38,062 nucleotides of DNA from Eubacteriales bacterium (GCA_045638405.1 JAZUBG010000240.1:1-38062), one strand, 5' to 3'. Counted from the first letter of the stretch, positions 25,306 through 34,418 are shown. The notes: a model not told the origin generated them from the letters alone. Translations and numbers: made by a program.

Positions 25306-25625
25306 TGAAAAAAGATTTTGTAACTTATTCTGCGGCTGCCTTGGCTGCCAAACACGGCGGAGTCAGACTTTCGACAGATGAATATAACGGCTTTGCCGAT
25401 ATAGGAACTGGCGGATTACTCGGCGAAGAGGGGAATGAATGCTTTGAACTTCGGCTTTACCATGACACCGACGGCAAGCTTGACGGGTACACTCCTGTGT
25501 CACCTGAAAATATAATCCGAAGAGAGCCTGCTTCAAGTGCGTGTCTTAAACGCAGAGAAGACGGAGCACTTGTGATAAAACAGAATAAATCTCGGGGAAA
25601 CTCGGAGGGACATGATGACAAGTGA
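25305..25625 (+). CDS. gatC: GatC-like small protein (divergent), position-equivalent to Asp/Glu-tRNA amidotransferase subunit C
   Basis: The ATG overlaps the nfo stop (TGATG), and the 3' end overlaps the gatA start by 14 nt. The size (106 aa) and layout (A-rich helix, DT...T.V...N..RRE) loosely resemble GatC, but similarity is weak by eye. Confidence 0.45.
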   Translation: MKKDFVTYSAAALAAKHGGVRLSTDEYNGFADIGTGGLLGEEGNECFELRLYHDTDGKLDGYTPVSPENIIRREPASSACLKRREDGALVIKQNKSRGNSEGHDDK

Positions 25626-26991
25626 GCTTAATAACATATCGGCACTCTGCCTTGCACGCATGGTAAGAGACAGGCAAGTGTCGGCAAGAGAAGTAACTCT
25701 TGAGTTTATAAGGCGTGCGAAAAATGACCCTTACGGCGCATTTATTACTGTGACTGAAAAAGAGGCGGTATCAGTAGCTGACCAAGTGGACGTACGTTTG
25801 GCAAACGGAGAATATCTTCCTCTTGCCGGGGTTCCCGTATCGGTTAAAGACAATATATGTACCGATGGTGTGAGGACGACCTGTGCTTCACGTTTCCTGA
25901 GAGATTTCGTGCCGTCATACAGTGCAACTGCATACCTGAATCTCATTTCAGCAGGTGCTGTTCCCATTGGAAAAACTAACATGGACGAGTTTGCCGTCGG
26001 CGGAGAGGGGGACACTTCTTATTTCGGTGCTTCCGTAAATCCCCTTGACAAGGGAAGGACTACGGGAGGGTCATCTTCGGGCTCTGCCGTATCTCTTGCA
26101 TCGGGAAGTGTACTTCTGTCTCTCGGAAGCGATACCGGAGGCTCTGCGAGACTCCCTGCGGCTTTCTGCGGTGTGTACGGCATGAAGCCTACTTACGGAA
26201 GCGTATCACGTTTCGGACTTGTTGGCATGGCACCGTCTTTTGAACAGATTTGCCCCATGTCAAGGAGCCTTGAGGATAACGAACTTCTCTTAAATGTCAT
26301 ATCGGGGAGGGATCTGCGTGACATGACTTCAAGGGATGTCACACTCCGTCCGTTTGAAAACGGGAAGATCCTGAAAGTGGGGGTGTTTATACCTGACGGA
26401 TGTGATTCTGACGTGAAAGTTGTATTGAAGCTTGCGGCGGAAAAATTATCCGAAAACGGATGCTATGTAGAAAACGTGACACTACCCGAAGCGGACAGTG
26501 CTGTAAGAGTATATTACACTCTTTCGTCTGCCGAGACCTATTCAAATTTAGCAAGATTTGACGGAATGAGGTACGGACACCGATCAGAAAGCGGAAGTGT
26601 TACGGATTCCCGTACCGAGGGATTCGGTAAAACCCTCAGAGAGAGAATTGCCGAAGGAGTGTATGTGCTGGAGCACAACGGGGGCGAGACGTACAGACGT
26701 GCCCTGGAGTTAAGACGAAACATCAGGGTTGGTATGGATTCGCTATACGAGAGATATGACCTGTTACTCACACCCGTGTGCCATACTGCCGCACCCATTG
26801 CAGGGAATCTCGGGTACAGTGCGGACCTTTTTATGGTATACGCTAACCTCTGCGGTTGTCCTGCTTTTGTGATTCCTTTCGGACGTGACGTGACGGGACT
26901 TCCTGTGGGAGTTCAGCTGATGGCTTCTCACGGAGGTGAAAGGTTGCTTTACGGAGCCGCGAGACTGATTGAGGGGAGGGCACAGGCATGA
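25612..26991 (+). CDS. gatA: Asp-tRNA(Asn)/Glu-tRNA(Gln) amidotransferase subunit A
   Basis: Amidase signature GGSSSGSAVSLASG, plus KDNI, TNMDEFA and GSDTGGS blocks. About 460 aa, overlapping gatB by 4 nt. Confidence 0.9.
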   Translation: MMTSELNNISALCLARMVRDRQVSAREVTLEFIRRAKNDPYGAFITVTEKEAVSVADQVDVRLANGEYLPLAGVPVSVKDNICTDGVRTTCASRFLRDFVPSYSATAYLNLISAGAVPIGKTNMDEFAVGGEGDTSYFGASVNPLDKGRTTGGSSSGSAVSLASGSVLLSLGSDTGGSARLPAAFCGVYGMKPTYGSVSRFGLVGMAPSFEQICPMSRSLEDNELLLNVISGRDLRDMTSRDVTLRPFENGKILKVGVFIPDGCDSDVKVVLKLAAEKLSENGCYVENVTLPEADSAVRVYYTLSSAETYSNLARFDGMRYGHRSESGSVTDSRTEGFGKTLRERIAEGVYVLEHNGGETYRRALELRRNIRVGMDSLYERYDLLLTPVCHTAAPIAGNLGYSADLFMVYANLCGCPAFVIPFGRDVTGLPVGVQLMASHGGERLLYGAARLIEGRAQA

Positions 26992-28400
26992 CTTACAAAG
27001 GTTATGAAGCAGTTATTGGTATTGAAGTTCACGTGGAGCTGAAGACAAAAGAGAAGGCGTTTTGTTCCTGCTCTGCGGAATACGGCGGAGAGGCTAATTC
27101 AAAATGCTGTCCCGTTTGTCTCGGTATGCCCGGAGCGCTTCCCGTTCTTAATCCGGAAGCGGTAAGACTTGCGCTTAGGGCAGGACTTGCTCTCGGGTGT
27201 GAGATTTCGGAAATCTCCCGTTTTGACAGAAAGCATTATTTTTATCCCGATCTTCCGAAAGGTTATCAGATCACTCAGTTTTATGATCCAATCTGCAGAA
27301 ACGGAGAAGTGAAGATCAAAACACCGAACGGTGAAAAAAACGTGAGAGTAGAACGGCTTCACATGGAAGAGGATGCGGGAAAACTCAGCTACGAGGAGGA
27401 AAATCTGATAATCGACAACAACAGATGCGGTGTGCCTCTGATTGAGATAGTAACGTACCCCGATATGGTCGGTGCGGAAGAAGCGATGGCGTTTGTCAAC
27501 GAACTGCGGAGAACACTGTTGTTCGCGGGAGTATCGGATTGCAAAATGAACGAAGGTTCTCTCAGATGTGACGTGAACGTGTCCGTTCGTCCCGTGGGTG
27601 AGAAAACACTCGGAAACAGATGCGAGATAAAGAACATAAATTCGGTGAATTTTATTGGCAGGGCCATAGACAGTGAGCTGAAAAGGCAGACGGATATTAT
27701 CCTTGAAGGAGGGACGATAGTTACGGAAACACGTCGCTTCAGCGAGACGAAGGGTATATCCGAAAGAATGCGTGACAAGGAGACTACGGCTGACTACAAG
27801 TATATCCGCGAACCGGATATACTGCCGATTATGACTGACAAAGACTATGTAGAAAAAGTAAAAGGGGAACTTGGCAGACTTCCGCGCGAATTGGAAGAAA
27901 AACTTATCTCGTCAGGTGTAAAAGTTCAGCAGGCGGAGCTTATCTGCAGTGAACCGAGATTTGCAGATTACTTTGAAAAGGTGAAGCTTGCCGTCTCCGA
28001 CGTGCCGGCGGCAGCCAATATGTTTGTGTCAGATGTGATACCGAAAATGACGTCGGGTTGGGGTTATCCCACTCCCGAAGTGTTCTCCGAGTGCCTCGGT
28101 ATGTACCTCTCAGGAGACGTGAATATCGTGTCCGCAAGAGAACTTCTGAAAATGTGTGTTGATACGGGTGAATCTCCGAGAAATTTGGCCGAGAAACTGG
28201 GTATGTTCATGCTCCGCGATGAAGGAGAAATCATGCGCCTTGTTGAGTTGGCGGTGAACGAGTGTCCTGCGGCGGTAGCCGAGATAAAAAAAGGTAAGCT
28301 TACCGCTAAAAAAGTGATTGTCGGTCAGGTCATGAAGCTGTCCCGCGGAAGAGCAGAACCGAGGAAAGTAAATATTGCCGTTGACAGATATTTTGAGTGA
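26988..28400 (+). CDS. gatB: Asp-tRNA(Asn)/Glu-tRNA(Gln) amidotransferase subunit B
   Basis: YEAVIGIEVHVELKT, CPVCLGMPGALPVLN, RKHYFYPDLPKGYQITQ and LHMEEDAGK are hallmark GatB blocks. Confidence 0.95.
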   Translation: MTYKGYEAVIGIEVHVELKTKEKAFCSCSAEYGGEANSKCCPVCLGMPGALPVLNPEAVRLALRAGLALGCEISEISRFDRKHYFYPDLPKGYQITQFYDPICRNGEVKIKTPNGEKNVRVERLHMEEDAGKLSYEEENLIIDNNRCGVPLIEIVTYPDMVGAEEAMAFVNELRRTLLFAGVSDCKMNEGSLRCDVNVSVRPVGEKTLGNRCEIKNINSVNFIGRAIDSELKRQTDIILEGGTIVTETRRFSETKGISERMRDKETTADYKYIREPDILPIMTDKDYVEKVKGELGRLPRELEEKLISSGVKVQQAELICSEPRFADYFEKVKLAVSDVPAAANMFVSDVIPKMTSGWGYPTPEVFSECLGMYLSGDVNIVSARELLKMCVDTGESPRNLAEKLGMFMLRDEGEIMRLVELAVNECPAAVAEIKKGKLTAKKVIVGQVMKLSRGRAEPRKVNIAVDRYFE

Positions 28401-28448
28401 ACTTTCTTTGCTCAACCTGCAGTTGAATAATCGTAACTTAGCCGTTTA

Positions 28449-28477
28449 TTGACCGTATCTACCCGCTGTGCTATAAT
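28449..28477 (+). promoter_or_regulatory. Sigma-A-type promoter for the HTH-TPR regulator
   Basis: TTGACC (28449-28454), a 17-nt spacer, then TGcTATAAT (TATAAT at 28472-28477). Confidence 0.55.
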
Positions 28478-28534
28478 GAGTTCAGAAAGCAGGCGCCGCT
28501 TTCAACAAGTAACGTGAAAGAAATGGTGATTAAA

Positions 28535-29320
28535 GTGAATATTGGAAATAAAATCAAAGAACTGAGACACGCACGTGGAGTAACCCAGGAACAGCTTGCG
28601 GACAGTATAGGCGTGACCTTTCAGGCGGTAAGTAAATGGGAGTGTGGGATATGTCTGCCCGATATTACCATAGCTCCGTCACTTGCGTCATATTTCGGAG
28701 TGAGCCTTGACGAACTTTTTGACTATAATATGCACGAGATGGAAGCGGAAGTGGAGTCGATATGCTCCGAGGCGTATAAATTCAGAGAAAGCGACCCCGC
28801 TGAGGGAAGACGTATCCTTGAGGAAGGGCTCGGCAAATATCCTGCAAACGACATACTGCTAAATAACCTTCTCTACGTGATAAACTACAGCGAAAATCCC
28901 GACGAGACCATCGCCGTAGCGTCTCGCCTTGCATCGAAAACGACGATGCCCGATGTGAAATACGATGCACTCAGATTCCTTGCTTATGCTTATAAAGCAA
29001 AAGGAGATCTTGTAAGCGCGGAAGCCGCAGTGGAGCAGATTCCCGAAATTTACTTCACAAAACTGACCGAAGTGGCGTATCTGCTCGAGGGAAAGCCTAT
29101 GTTTGATGCCGCAGAGAAGCAGAAGTGGATCTCTTTTGAAAATCTCATTCAGATGATCTTCAAGACTGCGGAGTATTACGAATCCGTAGGTGATCCTGAA
29201 ACAGCTATCCGCGAGATCGGGCGTGCGAAGGAACTTATCTCCGTGATGGAAAACGGAAACTACGACAGCTATGTCAGCTTTTTCGATAAGGAAACAGACA
29301 GATTAAAAAACATCCCTTGA
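28535..29320 (+). CDS. XRE-family HTH transcriptional regulator with a C-terminal TPR-like domain (RRNPP-like architecture)
   Basis: HTH block IKELRHARGVTQEQLADSIGVTFQAVSKWECG, followed by about 190 aa of helical repeats. I prefer GTG 28535 (VNIGNKIKELR; GGTGA RBS with a 5-nt spacer). The track start GTG 28514 is an alternative. Confidence 0.8.
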   Translation: MNIGNKIKELRHARGVTQEQLADSIGVTFQAVSKWECGICLPDITIAPSLASYFGVSLDELFDYNMHEMEAEVESICSEAYKFRESDPAEGRRILEEGLGKYPANDILLNNLLYVINYSENPDETIAVASRLASKTTMPDVKYDALRFLAYAYKAKGDLVSAEAAVEQIPEIYFTKLTEVAYLLEGKPMFDAAEKQKWISFENLIQMIFKTAEYYESVGDPETAIREIGRAKELISVMENGNYDSYVSFFDKETDRLKNIP

Positions 29321-29330
29321 GGAAGTTGCA

Positions 29331-29380
29331 AAGCACCTCGGGAAAAGTCTTAAAGTGAGACTTCCCGAGGTGCTTTTTTT
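29331..29380 (+). terminator. Strong rho-independent terminator
   Basis: GCACCTCGGGAAAAGTCT (29333-29350) pairs with AGACTTCCCGAGGTGC (29357-29373), followed by TTTTTTT. Confidence 0.85.
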
Positions 29381-29668
29381 GCTGTCTGAAGCATGGGGAA
29401 ATAACGACCTTTGTCACAGTTCGTTGACAAAGTGACAATTAAGCTTTGCAGCGGAAAAACAAACGGAGAAAAATGTTAAGTTGCATTGGAAAATAAGGGA
29501 GTTTTGGACACGCCGTCAGGAAACTTTGCACCCCGTCACTTTGTGGAAATAAAGGAAAAAACAGGAAATAAAAGAGAACCGTGGGGGAGAAATTTGTAGA
29601 CTGTGGCGGAATCAGGAAAAAAATGATAAAAAATGCGAAAAAAACCTAAAAATATTTGCATGAGACTA

Positions 29669-29697
29669 TTGAAATTTAGTCCGTTGTGGTATATAAT
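29669..29697 (+). promoter_or_regulatory. Pmra: sigma-A promoter of the dcw cluster
   Basis: TTGAAA (29669-29674), a 17-nt spacer, then TATAAT (29692-29697) with an upstream TGgTA. Confidence 0.6.
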
Positions 29698-29720
29698 TAT
29701 AGAGAAGTGGTGGAAAGTGC
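29684..29720 (+). promoter_or_regulatory. Candidate MraZ operator repeats
   Basis: wwGTGs hexamers lie at 29684 (TTGTGG), 29705 (AAGTGG) and 29715 (AAGTGC). Start-to-start spacings are 21 and 10 nt, overlapping the -10 box and the predicted +1. Confidence 0.35.
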
Positions 29721-29752
29721 CACAAAAATGAGCGAAAGGGAGGAAAACAGCC

Positions 29753-30172
29753 ATGTTAATGGGTAATTATTCGCATTCAATAGACGCTAAAAACAGGCTG
29801 ATTATTCCTGCAAAGCTCAAGGAACAGCTTGGTGCCAACATTACCATCATCAAGGATTCGGACAAGTGTCTGTGTGTTTATTCCGAAGAGGAATGGAAGA
29901 ACTACACTGCCAAGTTTAACGAGCTCACAAAGAGCGAGGCAAAAGCTGTTGCAAGATATATCTACTCCAACGCCATCGAAGTACAGCCCGATTCACAGGG
30001 AAGAGTTCTTATTCCCCAGACCATGATCGAGTACGCAGGTATCACCAAAAACGTTGTTACCGTAGGATGCGGTAAGTACGTTGAGATTTGGGCTGAGGAA
30101 AGATGGAACGAGATGAACATGGGAGACGAGCCTGAGGACTTCGCTGAAACTCTCGCGCGACTCGGTCTCTGA
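29753..30172 (+). CDS. mraZ: Transcriptional regulator MraZ
   Basis: GGGAGG RBS. MLMGNYSHSIDAKNRLIIPAKLKEQLG and a second SpoVT/AbrB-like repeat DSQGRVLIPQTMIEYAGI. Confidence 0.95.
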   Translation: MLMGNYSHSIDAKNRLIIPAKLKEQLGANITIIKDSDKCLCVYSEEEWKNYTAKFNELTKSEAKAVARYIYSNAIEVQPDSQGRVLIPQTMIEYAGITKNVVTVGCGKYVEIWAEERWNEMNMGDEPEDFAETLARLGL

Positions 30173-30186
30173 TGTGAGGTGCGGAT

Positions 30187-31125
30187 ATGGAATTTAAACA
30201 CGTATCGATCCTCTTTGACGAATGTATGGAAGCACTTTCGCCCGAAAAAGGCGGTGTGTATGTAGACTGTACGGCAGGCGGCGGAGGTCACTCCTACGGT
30301 ATCGCGTCACGACTTCCTGAAGGTTCGCGTCTTATCTGCCTTGACCGCGATGACGATGCTCTGGCGGCGTGCAGAAAGAGACTTACCGAGTTTGGCGATA
30401 AGGTCACTCTTGTGAAATGCGAGTTTTCATCCATCGGTGCGGCGCTGGACAGCCTCGGTATCGATAAGATCGACGGAGTTATGTGGGACCTCGGTGTTTC
30501 ATCATATCAGCTTGACGAAGCTGAACGCGGATTTTCCTACATGAACGATGCGCCCCTTGATATGAGAATGGACAGAACGGCAACTCTTGATGCGGCGTTC
30601 GTTGTCAACAATTATTCGGAAAGCGAACTTCGCAGGATAATTTCTACTTACGGTGAAGAAAAGTTTGCGGGAAAGATCGCGGCGGCAATCGTTAAAAAAC
30701 GCGAAACTGAAAAGATAGAAACTACACTACAGTTGGTAGATGTCATCAAAGGTGCAATGCCAGCGGCAGCAAAGTATAAAGAGACACAGCATCCGGCGAA
30801 AAGAACATTTCAATCTCTTCGCATCCACATAAATTCAGAACTCGAAGTGATCCGTCCTTCAATCGAAGAGGCGGTAAGAAGATTGAACGTTGGCGGCAGG
30901 GCGGCGGTTATTACATTCCATTCGCTCGAAGACAGAATCGTGAAGCAAACGATGGCATCTCTCGCTGAAGGATGTACGTGCCCTCCCGAGTTTCCCATCT
31001 GCGTATGCGGAAACAAACCGAAGGTAAAGCTTGTAACTAAGAAGCCTATTATTCCTTCGGATGAAGAGATTGAATTTAATCCCAGAGCAAGAAGTGCAAA
31101 GCTTAGGGTTTGTGAAAAACTTTAA
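30187..31125 (+). CDS. rsmH: 16S rRNA (cytosine1402-N4)-methyltransferase
   Basis: HVSILFDECMEAL, YVDCTAGGGGHS, DLGVSSYQLD, RGFSY and ITFHSLEDRIVK. Confidence 0.95.
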   Translation: MEFKHVSILFDECMEALSPEKGGVYVDCTAGGGGHSYGIASRLPEGSRLICLDRDDDALAACRKRLTEFGDKVTLVKCEFSSIGAALDSLGIDKIDGVMWDLGVSSYQLDEAERGFSYMNDAPLDMRMDRTATLDAAFVVNNYSESELRRIISTYGEEKFAGKIAAAIVKKRETEKIETTLQLVDVIKGAMPAAAKYKETQHPAKRTFQSLRIHINSELEVIRPSIEEAVRRLNVGGRAAVITFHSLEDRIVKQTMASLAEGCTCPPEFPICVCGNKPKVKLVTKKPIIPSDEEIEFNPRARSAKLRVCEKL

Positions 31126-31164
31126 AATAATTTTGAGATAAAATCCACGAAAGGGGGAAGCAAC

Positions 31165-31947
31165 ATGACTTATCAGGCGGTAAGACCGAATGCAGTGCCT
31201 TACGGCAGAAATGCTTACGGTAATACATCCGGCAGAAACAGTACAACCGCACGAAATAATTACCGTCCTGCAAGAAGTGAGACTGCCCCCGAAAGAAGAA
31301 AGGCTGACGCACTCAGCAGAGAAGAGATGCTTTGCATCCGTCAGGCAGAGATCCGCCGCAGAAAAAGGGCGGAGGCTGAAGCAGGCCGTATGGGAGACGC
31401 GCGCATCAGACAGGCAGAGAGATACATCTCGCGCAGTAAGGCATATGAGTCAAGAATGAAGCGTGAAGAGCAGGTGTCAAGAAAAGCGGAGAAGGCAAAG
31501 ATCCGTGAAAAGGCACGTCTCGAGGCTGAGGCAACACTGAGAAATGAAATCAAAGTCCCCCGCAAGAAGATGCCTTGGCAGTTTATTCTCTGTGTTGCTA
31601 TAGCGTTTACACTTCTTATGGCAATGGTATTCAGCTTTGCACAGATTTCTGAATCGAACAGAGAACTTGCAGAGATAAAAGCTCAGATCAGCGAGGCTGA
31701 GGTGAAAGCGGACAAGCTTAAGCTTCAGCTTGAAGAAAAGAACGACCTTACCATGATCGAGAAGATTGCAACCGAAGAATATAACATGGTAAAAGAAGGA
31801 TCTGTTCAGAAAAAGTACATTTCTCTTGCGGAAGGCGACAGAGTTGTACTTGATAACGTTGAAACAGAAGAAAAAGGCGGGTTCATGAACGGCATGATGT
31901 CCTCTGCGGCATCAATGTTTGATGATCTGCTTGATTATATCAAATAA
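31165..31947 (+). CDS. ftsL: FtsL-like cell-division protein with a long Arg/Glu-rich N-terminal extension
   Basis: Sits in the canonical ftsL slot. Single TM (PWQFILCVAIAFTLLMAMVFSFAQI) followed by a coiled coil (ELAEIKAQISEAEVKADKLKLQLEE). The cytoplasmic part is about 135 aa of R/E/A-rich low complexity. Confidence 0.7.
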   Translation: MTYQAVRPNAVPYGRNAYGNTSGRNSTTARNNYRPARSETAPERRKADALSREEMLCIRQAEIRRRKRAEAEAGRMGDARIRQAERYISRSKAYESRMKREEQVSRKAEKAKIREKARLEAEATLRNEIKVPRKKMPWQFILCVAIAFTLLMAMVFSFAQISESNRELAEIKAQISEAEVKADKLKLQLEEKNDLTMIEKIATEEYNMVKEGSVQKKYISLAEGDRVVLDNVETEEKGGFMNGMMSSAASMFDDLLDYIK

Positions 31948-31978
31948 TGCTTACAGTGCCATGGCACTCGTAAAAATC

Positions 31979-32008
31979 GGCGCACTGTGTGAGTGCGCTT
32001 TGATTTTA
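31979..32008 (+). terminator. Terminator-like hairpin inside the dcw cluster (possible attenuator)
   Basis: GCGCACT (31980-31986), loop gtgtg, AGTGCGC (31992-31998), followed by TTTGATTTT. It is preceded by the 14-nt perfect palindrome AGTGCCATGGCACT (31955-31968). Confidence 0.45.
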
Positions 32009-32075
32009 GTGGAATATATTTTTACATGCCGTAGTAAAATTTGATATACGGCTTTGGTGATAACGGGAGAGAGTT

Positions 32076-34418
32076 GTGAACAAGACAGTCAGAAACAGAA
32101 CGGACAGAAAAACCTATCTAAGACTTGCGATAGCTTTCTGCTTTTTTGCGGGTATGGCTCTTTTGATCGTCGGACGTCTTGCAAAGTATCAGCTTAAGGA
32201 ATACGCATACTATCAGTCGCAGGTGCTTAATCAGCTGACGACCGAAGTGAACGTAAACCCTGAGCGAGGAGATATTACCGACAGAAACGGAGTTGTACTT
32301 GCTACAAATAAATCGGTTTATAATATAATTATTTCTCCGAAGCATATTATGGAGAGAAATAAAGAGAACGAAGAAAATAATTCGGACACTAAAGAGAATA
32401 ACAACGTAAAATACGAATGGACGTCTGAGGATGGTACTGTTTCGTATAGCGGTGCCGAGGCGGATGAATTTATTGCGAAATTTCTTTCATATACTCTCGA
32501 GGTCGACTATTCTCTTATAAGAGAGAAGATGGGAAAGACCGACAGACAGTATGAGGTGATAAAAAATAACGTAGATGAATCCGTTGACGTAAAGGTTCGC
32601 GAGTTTATTTCAAAATATGAGTTTGAAGACCAGATATACGACAGAGAATCTTCAAAAAGATATTACCCCTACGGAAGTCTTGCTTCTCACGTGATCGGAT
32701 TTACCAACTCCGAAGGTGTTGGACGCGACGGTATTGAAGCGTTTTATAATAACATTCTCGAAGGAAAAAGCGGAAAATACGTTCAGGCACAGGATGCAAT
32801 GAGTAACGATATGCCTTTTGAGTATGAAACGTACATTTCCGAAGAAAACGGTTACAATATCGTAACCACCATCGATAAGTATATCCAGAGTGCTCTTGAG
32901 AATCAGCTTGAGATGACCTATCACGATTCAGAAGCGGGGAACCGCGTTACGGGAATCGTAATGGATGTTAAGACGGGCGGTATTCTCGGAATGGCAACAT
33001 ATCCTGCCTTTGACCTTAACGTGCCCTATGAGCTTGACGAAGATTCGGTAGCTAAGCTTTCACAATATACAGAAGGTACGGAAGAATATGATAAGATGTT
33101 CGGTGAGCTTCTCTTTACCATGTGGAAGAATAAGGCTATAACCGAGCTTTACGAACCCGGTTCTACATTCAAGATCATGACTACGGCAATGGCTCTTGAA
33201 GAAAAGCTTATAACATTTGACGATCAGTTCTACTGTTCGGGAGGATATAAGGTTGAGGGATGGAGCGATCCGATCAAATGTCACTACACAGCCGGTCACG
33301 GATGGCTGAAATACAGACACGGTCTTCAGCAGTCATGTAACCCTGCGCTGATGCAGGTTGCGGAAAAGATCGGTACCGAAAGATTCTTTAATTACTTTGA
33401 AGCTCTCGGTTATACTTCAATTACGGGAATCGACCTTCCCGGAGAAGCCAAAGGAATTACCTCCTCCCGTGAAGACTTCGGCCCTGTCAGCCTTGCGGTA
33501 TATTCATTCGGTCAGACATTTAAGACCACTCCCATTCAGCAGATCACGGCGATCTCCACTATCGCCAACGGCGGCTATGCCATTACTCCTCACGTTCTTA
33601 AAGAGATCGTCGACGATGACGGTAAGGTTATAAAGAGCTACGAGACCAATATAAAACGTCAGGTAATAAGCAGTGACGTATGTGAGGAAATAACTATCGT
33701 GCTTGAAGACGGTGTATCGGGCGACGGAGGCGCGAAAAACGCTTACGTTAAGGGCTATAAGGTAGCCGCAAAGACCGGTACGTCTGAAAAGCTGGATAAA
33801 GTAGACGAGAATGGTAAAAAATCCTTCCGAGTAGGCTCATGTGCCGCGTATGCACCTATTGACGACCCGCAGATAGCTGCTATTATAATCGTAGATGAAC
33901 CTATGAAGGGCGCGGTTTACGGAAGTGTGGTTGCGGCTCCTTATATATCAAACCTTCTCGCAACGATCCTTCCTTATCTTGGTGTTGAACAGCAGTATAC
34001 GGAAGCGGATCTTGCAACTCTTGACGTGCTTGTTTCCGATTATGTAGGCGGTTCGCCTGATGCAGCAAAGGAAGACCTCGCACTTCGCGGCCTTGAATGC
34101 GAGATCATCGGTGACGGTGACGTTATCACTTCTCAGTTCCCCATCTCGGGAAGTACAATGAGAGCAGAAAACGGTAAGGTTATCATTTACTGCGGAGAAA
34201 GTGCCCCCCGTGAAACAACAGTAGTACCCAGCCTCATGAATATGACGGCTGACGCCGCAAATAAATTACTTCTCAGTGCAAATTTGAACGTGAAGATCAC
34301 GGGAGCCACAAACGGTTCTTCCGCAACCGTAATCAGTCAGTATCCTGAAGCAGGTACTGAAGTTGAAGTCGGAACCATCGTTCAGTTTGAACTGAGACAC
34401 CTTGACGTAACAGACTAA
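32076..34418 (+). CDS. Class B penicillin-binding protein (FtsI/PBP2B/SpoVD-type) with C-terminal PASTA domains
   Basis: GTG start with a GGGAG RBS and an N-terminal TM. Transpeptidase motifs are STFK (EPGSTFKIMT), SCN (QQSCNPAL) and KTGT (AAKTGTSEK). It has two PASTA-like repeats at the C-terminus. Confidence 0.9.
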   Translation: MNKTVRNRTDRKTYLRLAIAFCFFAGMALLIVGRLAKYQLKEYAYYQSQVLNQLTTEVNVNPERGDITDRNGVVLATNKSVYNIIISPKHIMERNKENEENNSDTKENNNVKYEWTSEDGTVSYSGAEADEFIAKFLSYTLEVDYSLIREKMGKTDRQYEVIKNNVDESVDVKVREFISKYEFEDQIYDRESSKRYYPYGSLASHVIGFTNSEGVGRDGIEAFYNNILEGKSGKYVQAQDAMSNDMPFEYETYISEENGYNIVTTIDKYIQSALENQLEMTYHDSEAGNRVTGIVMDVKTGGILGMATYPAFDLNVPYELDEDSVAKLSQYTEGTEEYDKMFGELLFTMWKNKAITELYEPGSTFKIMTTAMALEEKLITFDDQFYCSGGYKVEGWSDPIKCHYTAGHGWLKYRHGLQQSCNPALMQVAEKIGTERFFNYFEALGYTSITGIDLPGEAKGITSSREDFGPVSLAVYSFGQTFKTTPIQQITAISTIANGGYAITPHVLKEIVDDDGKVIKSYETNIKRQVISSDVCEEITIVLEDGVSGDGGAKNAYVKGYKVAAKTGTSEKLDKVDENGKKSFRVGSCAAYAPIDDPQIAAIIIVDEPMKGAVYGSVVAAPYISNLLATILPYLGVEQQYTEADLATLDVLVSDYVGGSPDAAKEDLALRGLECEIIGDGDVITSQFPISGSTMRAENGKVIIYCGESAPRETTVVPSLMNMTADAANKLLLSANLNVKITGATNGSSATVISQYPEAGTEVEVGTIVQFELRHLDVTD

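Noticed and set aside
29473-29649. Micro-ORFs MLSCIGK (29473-29496) and MIKNAKKT (29623-29649) as possible signalling-peptide genes for the HTH-TPR regulator
   Set aside because: They are only 7-8 codons long, with no signal or export sequence, and such ORFs arise easily by chance in A-rich spacers. I do not call them as features and mention them only as something to test.
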